A DNA stretch of 64,000 nucleotides from Vicugna vicugna (taxonomy: Eukaryota): NCBI GenBank assembly GCA_013265495.1, contig MU057991.1, forward strand, positions 186,001 through 250,000, read 5' to 3'. Position numbers and translations under genes: made by a program. This document shows, piece after piece, positions 23,491 through 36,739 of this stretch; position 1 is the stretch's first letter; every line of letters starts with the position of its first letter. The notes under the pieces are model-generated. The model had not been told where the DNA came from and searched no databases. It saw nothing but the letters and a program-made list of their open reading frames with translations.

Positions 23491-24029
23491 CCTTTGTCTT
23501 AGGCCTGTGGCGCTGCCTTGCTGATAAAACGTGGGGGTGCAAGACCTCCACAGCTGGCTCAGAAAAGGAGCCGCGCTCACTTCTGGCACACAGCCACCAT
23601 GCTCTGAGGACGCCCAGGCCACGTGGGACGTCCGCACGGAGACGCCCCAGCTGCCGCCCCATACGAGGTCCAGCTGGTGGCCCGTGTGAGGGGCAGTTTA
23701 GGGGGGACTCCAGCCCCAGCCCCCGTCTGACTGTGACCACGTGACAGAGTCCCAGGGAGCACCGTCTGGCTGAGTCCTGTCAACCCCGGGAACCCGGAGG
23801 GCTGGTTATAATAAATGTTTATTGTGGTTTATGTCCCACAGCTGCAGGGAACCAGGACCGCGGTCCTCACTGGCTGCTTGTTCAGTTACTGCTCCATTAG
23901 GCCCCTGACTGGAGTGCACACAGTCTCATCACCCCTGGGCTGCATTAGAATGAAGGGCCACAGCGTTCTGGCCGCCATCGCCACACAGGCACTGAGCCTT
24001 GTGTTAGCAAGGTCCTGTAGCTCTTTGTC

Positions 24030-24212
24030 TGCAGAAGTGGTCCTCAGCCCGACCTGCATTTTGGAATCGCCTGGGAAGATTTTAACACATCCCATGCCCG
24101 GGCAAACAGCCCAGACCGGTTCAATCAGAAGCTTTGGGAATGTGGCCCAAGAATTAAGACTTTTTAAAGCCCCTCGGGTGATGTCAACGTGCAACCCAGC
24201 TTCAGATCCACG
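24030..24212. mobile_element. MER5-type hAT MITE
   Basis: gtggtcctcag...ggaatcgcctggg...ggtgat...gtgcaaccc; similar elements at about 53540-53695 and 59150-59245. Confidence 0.6.
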
Positions 24213-24472
24213 GACACAGCCAGTGAGGATCCAGCCCAGCTCAGCACACAGCATCGTGACGCCAGCCGCCCCGGCCACGCCCAGGAGGGCACGGCTCCTG
24301 TCCCTGGGGACACAGGGCCCCGTGAACATGGGGGTGCATCTGCTCTCCACTCCTCACCTAGCTTATCCGTTACCCAAATGCCCTTCCCTCTCTTTTTATC
24401 AGGGCCCAGAGTCGAATGTCCCTCATGGAATGCCCCGATCATTGCAGGCATATGAATGTTCCCTTTCTGCTC

Positions 24473-24503
<31 letters not shown>

Positions 24504-25759
24504 GACTCTAAAACCCAGCAGGTTAAAACAATAGACATTTATTATTTCATACCAATGTGTGGGTGGGGAGCTCAGCGGAGGCTTAGCTGGGTGGTTCTGA
24601 CTTGGAGCCTCTGATGAAGGATCAGGGAGGTCTCATCCGAAGGCTTGACTGGGGCTGGGACCCACGAGCAAGATGGTGCGTGCATGGGGCTGCCATGTCA
24701 CTGCTGGCTGTCAGCAGGAGGCCTGCGGTCCTTTCCATGGGGGCTTCCCTGTGGGGTGCTTGACTGTCTCTATGTCATGGTGTGTCGGCTTTTATGACCT
24801 GGCCTCAAGCCGCACACCAGCGCTTTGCACTGTCCTGTTGGATTTCCAGGTCAGGCTTCCTCATGGCAAGAGGCGCCCTCGGGCAGGGACATGAGATGGT
24901 GGGAGGACGCACTGGGGGCCAGCCTGGAGGCAGGCTATCACCCCGGCCCCAAGCCCCTCTTTCTCCTCCCACTCTGCACCCACAGTCCCCAGTCCTGGAG
25001 GGTCTACAGAAGCATCTGAGAAGCTTCTAAAACGAATGCCTCTCAGATGCCACCTAAGAGGTTTTGATCCAATCAGACCTCAAAAATCTGTGTTTTCAGG
25101 CTTCCAAAGCGCCCCCTGTGATCACAGAGGGAACACACGGTCTGTGGAATTTTGGCCCTTGGTTTCCAGTCCGGGTGGGTCTCTTTTAGACTGTGTCCCC
25201 ACGGGCCAGGCCACATGAGGAGGACCCTGTGGTCCAGGACGGGAGCCCCGTGTTGGTTCAGGAGCTGCCCGTCTGCGCCTCGCCGCTTCTCCGGACGCCC
25301 CCTACTCCCAGGCTCCGGTCACCCCCACCCCGGTTGCAGCAGTCACTCAGCTGACCACATTCATGGACACAGACCTTGGCCCCTGGTCCCTGGAGGAGAG
25401 TGGTTCTGAAGACGGGACAAGTGGCCTTGTGACTTCATGCAACCGTGCATGGCCCGTGACCACAGGAAGGAGGGGGCCTTTGAACACGTCTAACTCTGTC
25501 CATCTCGAGGACGCAAGGTCTGCAGGTCAGCTGGGCAGGTCGTTAGCTGTGCTGGACACGCTCCACGCCCGCCCAGTTCCGGTCTGTATTTCACAGCACA
25601 CGCTCTGCAGCCAGATTCCCCAGGTTCAAATCCCACCTCTTCTACTTACTGTCTTGTGATTAAGGGCAAATAACGACCGTTTCCGTGGTCCTGGTCCTGC
25701 GTGTGGCAGCTGGCGGGAGTGTCTCTGGTCCCTGCTCGTCTTTTACCCTGTGCTGCCCC

Positions 25760-26900
25760 GGGGCGCTGCGGGGACCACGGCCTGGGCAGCTGGCGGTGCA
25801 GTGGCTCAGGGAGGGGCCCCAAGCCGAGCCTGTGGGGCTGGCAGGCCCTGAGAAGGGGGTGCTGGATTTGGGATTCACGAAGGAAGAGCTCCGGCAGGAA
25901 CCCCAGGCTGTGCGGGAAAAAGGAGTGAATGAGGGTTCCTGGGGTTCTGACTTGACAGTGGGGAAAGTCGGTGCCACTTGCTGAGATGGAACCGGCAAAG
26001 GGAGAGGAGGGGAGTTGGTTGAAGGGGCAAAACCCACACAGGGGCCAGCAAGACCTCCCAGGCAGGGCCACTGCCTTCCTGCTTTTGGGCTTCTGTAAAA
26101 CAGCTTGCTTCTAGGAAAATGAAAATGACCCCTAAAATTCCATTGGTTCCCAAAAGCTCACTCCTGATTGGTCCATTTCTAACACCTCATTTGCATACAG
26201 GGCAAACTTAACCGACACAGAGAGGGCCCAGAGCTTGGAGTGGTAACTCCTCCGGGCCCGCCGACGTCATGAGCCTGGGTTCTCCAACGCTCCGAGCATC
26301 GCTGGGTCTCTGGACAGGATTCAGGTTGCTGTCACAGGCAAGAGTTTTGCTTTGATTTGACCAACCTGGAGACCCTGCCAGACATCTGAAGAAGCATCGA
26401 GATATTTGAGTTTGGAACGCAGGGCAGCACGCTGGGGCTGCAAATAGATGTTTAATAATCGTGAGTATTTGGATGTGAGTAAGGCCCTGGGACTGGTGAG
26501 ATGGCCTGGGGGCGACTACAGAGGGAAGGGAAAACTCAGCGTCGAGGGCAAGGAGCCGGGGTAGACCAGCGAAGCCAGAGGGAGAGGAGACACTTGCAGG
26601 AGAAAAGTCTGGCGCTGACACGAGAGGATGGGGTCCCGAGCACACAGGGAGGGGCTGCCTCACGAAGGAGCAAGTTTGGTTCAGCAGCTGCCCCGGCAGG
26701 ACAGGGGGCGGGTGGCCCCGGGCGCAGGGAGCTGAGCACACGTGACGGGGGGAGATCGCGGCCTCGGTGGACTCGGGGAGGTGGGGGGGGCCTGGACGGA
26801 GAGTGAGGGGGTCGCGGGGCGTTCCAGCTGGGAGCGGCGAGAGGGAGCAAAGGGGTTCTGGAAGCGCGGCGGGATCCCCGAGTAGGGCCGCCCCCGGCAC
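25760..26900 (-). mobile_element. L2 fragment split by LTR family A
   Basis: Purine-rich L2-like motifs (gctgagatgg..., gagacc...gacatc..., ggggctg..aatagat) continue on both sides of the LTR. Confidence 0.55.
26020..26336 (+). mobile_element. ERV1-type solo LTR, family A (internally deleted), inserted in an L2
   Basis: tgaaggggcaaaacc...gttgctgtcaca; one CCAAT/octamer module. Confidence 0.85.
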
Positions 26901-29900
26901 GGACGGCTATGAAGGGACGGGTCAGCAGCGGTGACAGGGGCCGAGGTCACACACCCGGCAGGACAATGGGGCTCCCGCGCTGCCCGGCCCCCCACCCCCG
27001 GCGGGCTGGCTGCACTGTGAAGCAGGAGTCAGCTGAGGCAGGGGACCTCCTCTGCTCCAGGACCCTCAGAGGGGAGCCCCAGGATGGGGGATCCATGCCG
27101 GGAACACGGGGCACATGAGCCCCGGGGGCATAAACACACGCTGCTGGGAACCAGCTGGCCTGGCCCCCACTCCTGGGGTCCTGGGAGGCCCCGTTCCAGC
27201 GCTCGTCCTGGGCGGCTGCTCTGCTGACGGACCATCTGAAGAAGAACCTCCCAGCCGGCCTCTGACGCGAGCCCTCGGGACTGGAAGGCCCTCGGCCCTG
27301 CACTGTGAGATGGTGAGGACAGCGACATCCAGGTGCCCCGGGTTCAGAGGATTCCTGCCGCTTAGAACTCGGTCAGGAGAGAGGTCCTCGTCCATCTCCC
27401 TGGATATTCCGATTGGGTCATGTCTCAGCCTTAAGCGTCTGGAGGGATGGCGCACTGGCGGGTCAGCCTCGTCCCGGACGAGGCCATGGCCTTCCGTTCT
27501 CGGCTCTGACAGCCTTACTTCGAGTGCAGACGTCTCCATAAGAAGGGGGAGGCTTGGCTGGGGTGCGCGCGCACACACACAAACACACACACACACACAC
27601 AGCAGAGCCCCAGGATCACAGCCCCTGCTCTCAGGATGGTGGGACCTCTCCACTCCCTGCCGCCGGGTTCACACACAGAGAGTCCCCGATGCCTCCGCTC
27701 AGAACACAGCTCAGCTCTGGGGTTCATCCCCCGTGCACCCCATTTCTGATATCCATGCTGCCTTTGGGTTTTGACCAGCACTGTCACCGACCGTGGCCGC
27801 ATGGGAGGCTCGGGAACCCACGTGCAGTGGTCTGGACTTGTGGCCGTGACCTCAGAGGCTCTCCCTCCCCATGAGCTGGCCTTCTGCCAATGCGGTTTTG
27901 ATTTTCTGGCAGGTCTTCCTGGATGTACCCTCTTCTTTTCGCTGTGGCCTGTTCCCCAGCATGTCCCCCCCACCCCCAGATGCTGGCCCACCCAGCCACG
28001 TGAGTCCAGGGGTGGCGTCAGGGACGTGGAGGGCAGCTGGGGTGGCTTGGTTGCTTTGAAATAGTGCCCCTGACTTCATGGAGGTTGAGGAGAGGTTTTT
28101 GGCTTTTAAATATATTTTTGCTCTTTGGATGGAAACGCAAGACACCCCCCCCCCGCGGTGTTCGTGACCCTCCGAAAGAGGGCTGGCGTGATGCATGAAT
28201 GGTATTTGTGGACGTAATTGTAAGACTGCTTGTTCCAAGTTCAACGCAGCAATCATGGGAATGTGGCGACGTCGGATGACTGAGTGGTCGTCTTTCAGCA
28301 TCAGTTCAGGGATGGGGGAGAGTCGACGTGAGCCTGTCAATCACGTGGAGGGAGAGTGATGCTGGGACGAGACACAGGGCTCAAGGAGGGGCAGCGGGCA
28401 GGAGTGAGGGCGGTGCTGTCTCCCGGGGGGCTGTGTGGTCCAGGCTGTGCCCTCTGGGAGGCAGGCTGGGCCCACGGTGGGGGGTGGGCTCGGCAGTACC
28501 GGATTCTGAAGGCAGCACCCCTCACCCCCCCAGTTAGTGCCCGGGGACCCGGGACAGCCAGGGGCCGTCTGCTGGCCCCAGCAGCGCGGGGGTCCTAAGA
28601 GGGTCTGGGCAGGCATGGGGTGGCTGGAGGCCTGGACGGTGTTTGACAGCACGAGAGCCACCCTGGAGGCACCTTCAGGAGCACACGGGCACATTTTGAA
28701 GCGTGCTGACTTCTAAAAAGAAACGCCCCCGCGACGTGGGCCAGACGTGTCTGCCCATCCCGCTGGTCACCCTCTGGCTTCCCTGTCTCATCCTTCTGCT
28801 CTGGCGTCCGACTGTTGATGTTTCTGGCTTCCAGATTATGGCTTTGCTTCCGAGGCACTAGCTCGGTCTTTCCCAAGCGTGCCTCGTCGTGGGTTTGCGG
28901 CAGCGTATTTAGCCAAACTTCCCTGGGCTCCAAGTGTCACATGATGAACATGGAGTCTCACTCAGGTGCCCATTGGGGCGGGACGTCCCAGCTTCGGCTA
29001 CGGGGGTCATCGCTGCCCAGGGCGGCCGTGAGCGAGAGCGTCCGAAGTGTTCACGTGAAGACCCCCACAGTGAGAACAGGCAAAGGCCATTTCTTCAGAG
29101 CTGCCCGGAGCCCAGAGTCACCCATCGCCACCTACGTTCCATCAGAGACTCACAGGCAGGCAGAGCCGCGGGAGGCTTTCCAGCGCAAGGAAGAGGAGGC
29201 TGCAGGAGCGCCTTGCCTGGAAGCTGTGCGAGTCGGGGGGCTGGAGGCGGCTCCTGGGGGCGTCCTATGGGATGCTTTAGAGGTACGTGCTTGGCTTCCC
29301 CGGTGGGTCCCGAGTTGGAAGTAGGGACAAAAGGGAACTGTCCGCCACTCATCGAGTCCTGGGCATTCGGGGCTGATTGCTCCAGGGGTTCATGACTGGC
29401 CTTCTGGGTTGCTTCCAGAGACAGCAGCCTGCCTTCCTGCAGGGGGACCCACAGCCGGGGCCGCTTGCTGTGGGCCAGAGGGCGCTTCCCCGGGCAGGCC
29501 GCTGCAGGTGGCGGGCAGGGCTCCGCTCTTGCATATAGTCTGACCATTGTCTGTTTGTATATCCAGTCTCTCAAGTGCTTGGACAGAGTAATGAGCTTCT
29601 AAAAGGGGGCTTTTTGATCATTGTCACCTCCACCGAGGGAGCCCAGACGGCTCACCTGGAGAGTCCTGTGCAGGTGCATGGCTTCTCTGCAGCGTGTGTG
29701 CCCTGGGCCGTGTCCGGAGCTGGCTTCCTGGCCTGGCCTTTCTGAGCAAACTCAGCCCAGGCGTTGGCCGTGTGGCCAGGGCTCTGGGTACGAACAGGTG
29801 CTGAATATCGGGGTTCCACAGCTGATGCCATGCTCTTTGTGTTTTCAATTATTTACCCAGCACCTTCTCCAGGCCAGCGCGTGCCCTCTGCGGGCAGCCG

Positions 29901-31384
29901 GTCTGCACCCTGATCCCTCTCCCCCATCACATCCTTTGATGCATCCTTTCCTTTCTCCCTCCCTCTCTCCTTTCCTTGGATCTCCAGCTTTCCATGACTT
30001 TCTGTTAATCCTGATTGCTCCCCATTTTCACAGCTTCCAAAATATTCCCAGACTGGGCAGGTGTGTTGGTTTTCCTCAAGCGGTCACAACAAACTCCTAT
30101 AAATTTAGCAGCTCAAAAAAAAAACCCCAAAAAACCAAACCTCACACAGTTGTTATCCCACAGCTCCGGCGGTCAGGGGTCTCGCTGAGCCAACATCGAG
30201 TGTCAGGCAGAGCTTGCTCCTTCCGATGGCGCTCGGGGACAGTCTGTTTCCTCACCTTTTCTGGTTTCTGGAGGCCAGGAGAGTTTTCCCTGAGTCCTGC
30301 GAAGCTCCTGGAATCAGGCCCCGCTGGCCTTCAAGGCCCAGCCCTCCGGGGGCTCCTCGTCCCGGGGCCGGATCCCCGGGCTGGGGAGACTGGCCTCGGC
30401 GCCCCGACCCCCGTGGGAGGACCCCTGCGTTATAATTACTCTGCGGTTTGTGGGCCGCCCACCCGGGCGGATGGGACCTGAGTGCATCGCGAGTCCGCCC
30501 CTCCCACTGGCCTTGTCGGGGCTTCTTCCTTAGGTTTTTAGCTACAGAAGATCCTGTCTGGTAGCTTCGTCTTTATCCTCAGGTGTCCTGCACAGAGCTG
30601 TGGTTTTGGTTTTGGTTTTGGTTTTGTTGTGTCTGTCCTGAGAAGCCAGGAAATGCTTCTGAAACCAGGTTTAGAGACGCTTCAGTGTTGGCTGGGCCCG
30701 TCGGGGGGTCCCTGAAGGTTCTGTCCCTCTCCTCCAGGCACAAAGACGCACGGCCACGTGGGCTGAGGTGACAGGGGTAGGGCATGCTGGACTCACCCCC
30801 TCTGGAGCCATGCATCACTCCGCTGTCCTCACGTGCAAACGCGGCCCCGCTTCCGCGTCGCCACACGCCCAGGGCAGGGCAGCAGACAGAGGGGGTGGGA
30901 CTCTGTCCTGTGCCGTCTTGTCACTTGGCTGGGTCACAGTGGGACCGCCTTGCAGGGCTGCTGTGGGACTGAGGGGAGCCCGCTGGGTGCAAGGGGCAGG
31001 GACGACGAGGGGCGAGGACCTGTCCACAGGGGACGGCCTCTGGCCAATGGCGTGTATTGGAGGTGGCCAGTCCCCTGGGGTGTCTGACAGGTCACTGGAC
31101 CAGGGGCTTGGAGTCAGGATGAGAGCAGAGGCCCGGCGTCTTGGCCTCGACTCAGAAGGGCCCTGATCACACAAGGGGGCCTGCGACACTGACCGCAGGG
31201 CAGTGCGGAGGTCAGAGACCCGGCTCCAGGCCCCGCCCCAGCCGCCCCAGCCCAGGTCCGTGCGGGGTGACGGCGCCGAGGCTGCCGAGCGCTTTCTGTT
31301 CACACTGGGCCTCGGTGGCCGGGGCTGGCCTGCAGGTGGTGCTGTCGGCCAAGCCAAGGTCTCTAATTCCAGGAGCCTCCTCAA

Positions 31385-31692
31385 GTTCCAGAGTCCAAAC
31401 TCGTTCTGCTTGTCGCACGACAGGCCGATAAATCGGGAGACGAGGTGCTGGGGCAAGGAGGAGCGACTTTGTTCGGAAAGCCGGCCGACCGAGAGGATGG
31501 CAGACTGACGTCCTGGAGAACCATCCTCCTCCGGTCAGAATTCAGGCTCTTTTTATGCTAAAAAGGGGAGGGGGTGTGGTTGGTTGTTGCAAACTTCTCC
31601 GTGCAGGAATCCTGTGTTCCTGCAGCTGTGCCCGGGGGTCAGGTCATGGTGCCCCTGAAAACCTCCCAGAAGACAAAGGTTATTCTCTGCTT
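31385..31692 (-). mobile_element. Truncated LTR, family B
   Basis: Matches the 8115-8415 portion of the full copy. Confidence 0.8.
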
Positions 31693-34686
31693 CACATTTG
31701 TGCCCTGGGCATCAGTAGAGGACGGAGGACGCTCCCTGTAGCTCCCGGGAGGCCGGATGCCCTCACTGGATGCCAGGCAGTGGCCCCCCTTGGAGGCATG
31801 GGAACGCCACGCCTGACCAGGGGGACGCCCCCATCGCACCCGTGGGCAGTGTGGGCGGCAGGCCTTCTCCGTGCCCTGTTTTCACACCCTGGGGCCAGGC
31901 CTGGAGAGATCTGTCCATTCAAGGCTCTTCCCCTGCCCCTGTCAATGACCCGCTGCAGGAAACCTACAGACTCCGGGGTTTGAAGCCGCCTGACTGCCTG
32001 CCCCACGAAAAGCAAGACATGCTTCTTCCCCGGGCAGGTCCGGCTCCCCGCCAGCTCTTCTGAATGTGCAGTGTTTCCTTCCCTGGAGCCTGCTGCCTCC
32101 TCTCCACCTGGACGTGGGGGTGTCTGGGCCTCCCTGGCTAGCCGGCCTCAGCCCTGTCTTCCCAGACTGTCCCCACCTCACACATCTTTTTCAGGTAATT
32201 TTTATCTTCCCGATCATCCCTTTGCTGGTCTAACAAGGCTTCTCCTTGGAACCTGCTCCCGGTACCGGGGGCTGCAGGTGACAGCTAGTGTCTGTCCTCC
32301 TATTTTTCTGCGACGTGTGTGGCTGGGCACGCGGCCACCAGCCCAGACTGCTTTTCCCCATGAGGGTGGCTGTGTGCGGACCCGGCAGCCTGGGAGGCCA
32401 GCGAGCGTGAACTCAGCCCCTGAGCCGCATCCTCAAGGACAGGAGGCCCACCCTTTCCTGCCTTTGTCTGCTTTTCGCCCGGAGCGTGGATGTTGTGGCT
32501 GGACGTAGAGCAGCGATCTTGGACGGGGAGTTAAAGGCTGTGTGCTGAGGACAGCAGGTGAAGCCAGAGAGGAAAAACACGGGTCCCTGAGGGATGGTTC
32601 AAAGCTGTATTTAAATTTTAAAAATTTCAAAGTTGTCTTTAAAAAAAAAAAGTTAATAACTTATATACATGGGAGAGTCCCAGAAAAACTGAGTTACTTT
32701 TAAAGTCTTCCTAACTGCTTTTTTTCTCCATGTATTATGTGTATAACTGGGGGAAAAAAAAACCCTTAAATTCCTATCATTTGAGGCTTGTTTAAAATTT
32801 TTACTTTCTTAATAAAGACTTCCATTTTCTCATATCAAAGAAAATAAATAAGCTAGTTGATCATTTGACTCCAAATGTTCCACTGTTTTGATTTTTAAAA
32901 AAAAGGATATTGAAGTACTGGCTGCAGAGGTCTGATTTGGACCCCTGATTTGTCTCTAAATATTCAACTCTTTTAAAAAAAATTTTGCTTTTTCGTATTC
33001 TTTTCCATTATGGTTTATTACAAGATACTGACCGTACTTCCCAGTGCTCCACAGTACGACCTTGTGGTTTATCTGTTTTATATAGTGGTTTGTATCTGCT
33101 AATTCCAAACTCCTAATTTATCAACCTCTCCACCCTCTTCCCCGCCGAGTAACCATAAGCTTGTTTTTTATCTGTGAGTCTGTGTCTCTTTTGTAAATCA
33201 ATTCATTTGTGCCATAGATATACAAGCCTTTAATTAGCCTTGCATTTCACTGGCCCTGGTCTCCTGTAAATTGTCTGAGCTCCCTTGACTGTAAGGGAGC
33301 TTCTCCCGTGAGAAGGGAGAAGCGAAGGAGACAGGGATGGAGGGGAGGGTGCAGAAGGTGGCGTTCCTAGAGCAAGAAGAAATAGTCGGTCCTTTTCTGT
33401 GTTCTTGCTTCTCAGAAAGCTGATAACGTGTTTTTGTCTAGGGTGAGCGGAGAAGCCTGGGCCTTCTTCTCATTTCTGACAGAACACAGACAAAACGAGA
33501 CATGCCTGGGCCCAGCCCCTTGGACGTGGTTCAGAGCTCAGGCCCAGGGCTCCTCGCCTGGGCGGGCGGGAGTGGGGCTGGGGACAGAGGCTGTCCCTTG
33601 CTGGTCTCCAAGTTCTGAGGCCTAAACTGGCTGGGATCATTTGCGGGGACGTTGGCCACGGTCCTCGATGGCGCCGGCCAGCCCCCGGATTTTATGATCT
33701 GCGAGCTCCTTTTCCCTGGTGAGATGTGGAGTGATCTGTTTTCCTGATCCACTTCCTTTAACCTTAAACTCGGGTCACGGACTGCAAGGAGGCCGCTCTG
33801 TGATTTGCTTGATGGTGAAACCAGAGTAGGGAGGCTCCTGCAGGCCTGAAATTCAGGGGCGCAAAATCCCAGCAAACCCCAAATAGGATTAAACGTCTGT
33901 TAGGAAGCTACACGAGGTCCTGGTTCTCTGGCTTCTTGATCTTTTTAAGCCAGTGAGGTCCCGTCCGATCCACAGAACCCCCCTCTTCCCAGCCTCTCAG
34001 ACTGAAAGATGATATTCTGTGATGTACAACCCGCTGCGCCGGCGGCCGGAGGCAGAGGCTGGGGACCCCGGAGAGCCGGCCGCGGGGAGGTAAGAGCTAC
34101 CTGCGCAGACTCGTGGGTCTGGCTGAGTGAGAGGCATGCTTGCCAAGGAGGGCCTGTGTGCATCTGTGAAAACTTCACAGGGAAGGTGGGGTGTGAGCTC
34201 AGCCCTCCAGGATGGGCGGGGTAAAGGTCAGCCCAGCGGGAGCTCGGCTCCTGTAGCGATGGAAACGCAAGACGGGAGATCCTTTGGGAGTGAGGGACCC
34301 GCATCCCATCAGGGACGTGAGAAGGAGCCGCCAGGGCTTGAGCCGCAGGAGGAAGGTGGGGGCTGAGCCGGGCAGCGAGCCGGCCTGTGCGGGGAGGGGG
34401 CCACGTGGCCCCGAGCGGGGTCCCAGCTTCCTGCCTAACTGTGCGCAGAGGTTTCTGGAAGTGACCTGGAGAGTCAGTTGACTTGGCAGTCTCAGGGCAG
34501 CTCCTTAAGGAAAGAATTTAAAATTCCATCACGGGCTGCACGCGTGTGGAAATCAGAACGAGCCGTCCTGCAGAAGAGGAGGGTCGGGGTGACGCCGGGA
34601 GACGGTCTCCAGGGGGCAGTCCCGGCACAATGGGAGGAAAGAGGCTCAGCCAGGCCCCCTGAGTGTGACAGTTCAGAACTCAGCAC

Positions 34687-35032
34687 TGTGACAGCAACCT
34701 GAATCCCGTGCAGAGGCCAAGAGACACTCAGAGGGTTGGAGAACAGGGGTTCATCACGCCCGCGGGCCCAGCGGAGTTAATGCTCCAAGCTCTGGATCCT
34801 GTCTGTAGGTTTACACAGGCTTTTATAGGGTTTTAGGTTTCAATTAAATTCATGCCGTATGCAAATGAGGTGTTAGTAATGGACCAATCAGGAATGAGGT
34901 TTTGGGAACCAGTAGAATTTAAGGGGTAAGTTTCGTTTTCCTAGAAGCAAGCTGTGCGCTGCACATCTCGGATCAGTTTTTGGGAACCAGTAGAATTTAA
35001 GGGGTAAGTTTCGTTTTCCTAGAAGCAAGCTG
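34687..35032 (-). mobile_element. 5'-truncated LTR, family A, fused to the PFAS retrocopy
   Basis: Reverse complement of family A; lacks roughly the first 80 nt. Confidence 0.85.
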
Positions 35033-36200
35033 TGCGCTGCACATCTCGGATCCGGCCCCCTGTGCCGGTGGCTGCACCACTGAAGGGCGGCTACTCCTGT
35101 GGGCAAGCTGTGGGTCTCTGCTGTGAAGACAGCATGTCTCGGCCCCTGACGTTGCCGAAAGCAGCTTGGCCGTGTGGGGTCCTTGGGCCGTAGGAGTTGG
35201 ACTCCCTTCCCATGGAATGCACGGCGGACACGTCCGTTCCAGAGCTCCCTTCCTTCTGGGGTCTGTGCTCGCCCCGCCGGAGCCTGGAGCCTCCCATCCC
35301 CCGAGTCAGAGGTCACCCCGGCCTAGGGTACAGCCCATCTGCTGTTGTCACAGAACTTGAGGACGTTGCTGGGGCTGGATGCTGCCTGGGTGCTCATGAT
35401 GGACTCAGACAGGGAGTGTGCCAGCTCCTGCCCATCCACGTGGAGTCGGCCCTTGAAGACCCAGTGTCGGCTGTGTCACTGCTGGACTGAGCCAAGTCGA
35501 AGGCCTCCACGGTGCTGGGGTTCCGCTGCAGCTCCCGGAGGCGCTTGGTGTAGAAACCCGGGTCCCAAGAGTCCGGGGCCAGACCTGGCTCTGGTTGGCT
35601 TTCTCCAGGGCAGCAGACTGGCCCTCGGCCAGTATGTCGACTGGGCCACCTAGCGGGGCTGGGATGCAGCCAAGGGAGAAGCCCTGGATGGGTCGGGGGA
35701 ATTGCTGCTCCGTCATCCAGTCATGCAGGGTGGCCAGAGCGACGGCGTCCATCTCAGCTGAAGGGGGCGGGCAGCGCCGGGTCCTCTCCACGCGGTCCCC
35801 AGCCCCCAGCCCCCAGCCCCGCGGCCTGGCACACTGACACGATGCTGGTGGAAGTCGGGGTGGAGAAGGTCAGCCTGGGCCCGACCTCCAGCCACAGGTC
35901 ACTGGGGCAGGGAAGGAGCCAGGACCCCTGGGCGACAGCGTCCAGTAACCAGGGGCAGCCAGGTCCTCGGCACGTGGGGAAGCATCACCTGTCCAGTTCA
36001 CGCTGCAGCACAGCTCGGTCTTGGTGCCCTGCAGCTCTGGCGGTTCCTCTTGCAGCTTCCTTTGAGGGTCCCCACAGGCTGCTCCCTCGTGGCCAGAGGG
36101 ACGGACATAGATGTGCAGGACTGAGGACATCTCTGCAGACACTGTTGCTGGAGAGGCAAGCTAGGTTCGCGGTAGCTGCTCCTGCAAGTCCCCGGGTTCC
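35030..36200 (-). pseudogene. PFAS: PFAS (FGAM synthase) semi-processed retrocopy, 5' part only
   Basis: ATG at 36130: MSSVLHIYVRPSGHEGAA...; ALATLHDWMTEQQFP; ALEKANQ; HSRHWVFKGRLHVDGQELAHSLSESIMSTQ...VLKFCDNS; LLRPKDPTRPS...VFTAETHSLPTG...RIRDVQ. Frameshifts and deletions; one 117-nt intron-like insert. Confidence 0.93.
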
Positions 36201-36739
36201 TCGTATTTATTGTTTTCAATAAAGGAAATAGAACGCTTAAATGTGCTTAAAAATTAAGTAAAAAAATTTTTTTAAGTACTAAAAATGGTCTCCAAAGAGC
36301 TTTTTTAAAAAAAATTTATTTTATTGACTTAGAGTTTACAAGACCGTGTCCATTTCTGGTGCACAGCACAGTGCTTCCGTCACACATGAACATACATATA
36401 TTCGTTTTCATGTTCTTTTTCACCGTGAGCTACAAGATCTTGTATGTATTTCCCTGTGCTGTACAGTATAATGTTGTTTATCTATTCTATAGACACCTGT
36501 CAGTGTCTGCAAATTTCAGACTCTCAGTCTGTCCCTTCCCACCCCCTTCCCCCTTGGCAACCACAAGTCTGAATTCTATGTCTGTGAGTCTGTGTCTGTT
36601 CTGTATTTATGTTCATTTGTCTTTTTCTTTTCTTTCTTTCCTTTTTTTTAGATTCCACATAGGAGCGATCTCATGTGGTATTTTTCTTTCTCTCCAAAGA
36701 GCTTCTGTGAATATGATTTATCAATATCTACCGAAGTGG

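Noticed and set aside
26016..26340. LTR without a matching TSD as a recombinant LTR marking the ADCY1/EGFR breakpoint
   Set aside because: L2-like sequence continues colinearly on both sides, so the flanks belong to one locus.
31770..32063. QGDAP peptide resembling the middle of PFAS
   Set aside because: Opposite strand to the retrocopy and no flanking similarity; chance match.
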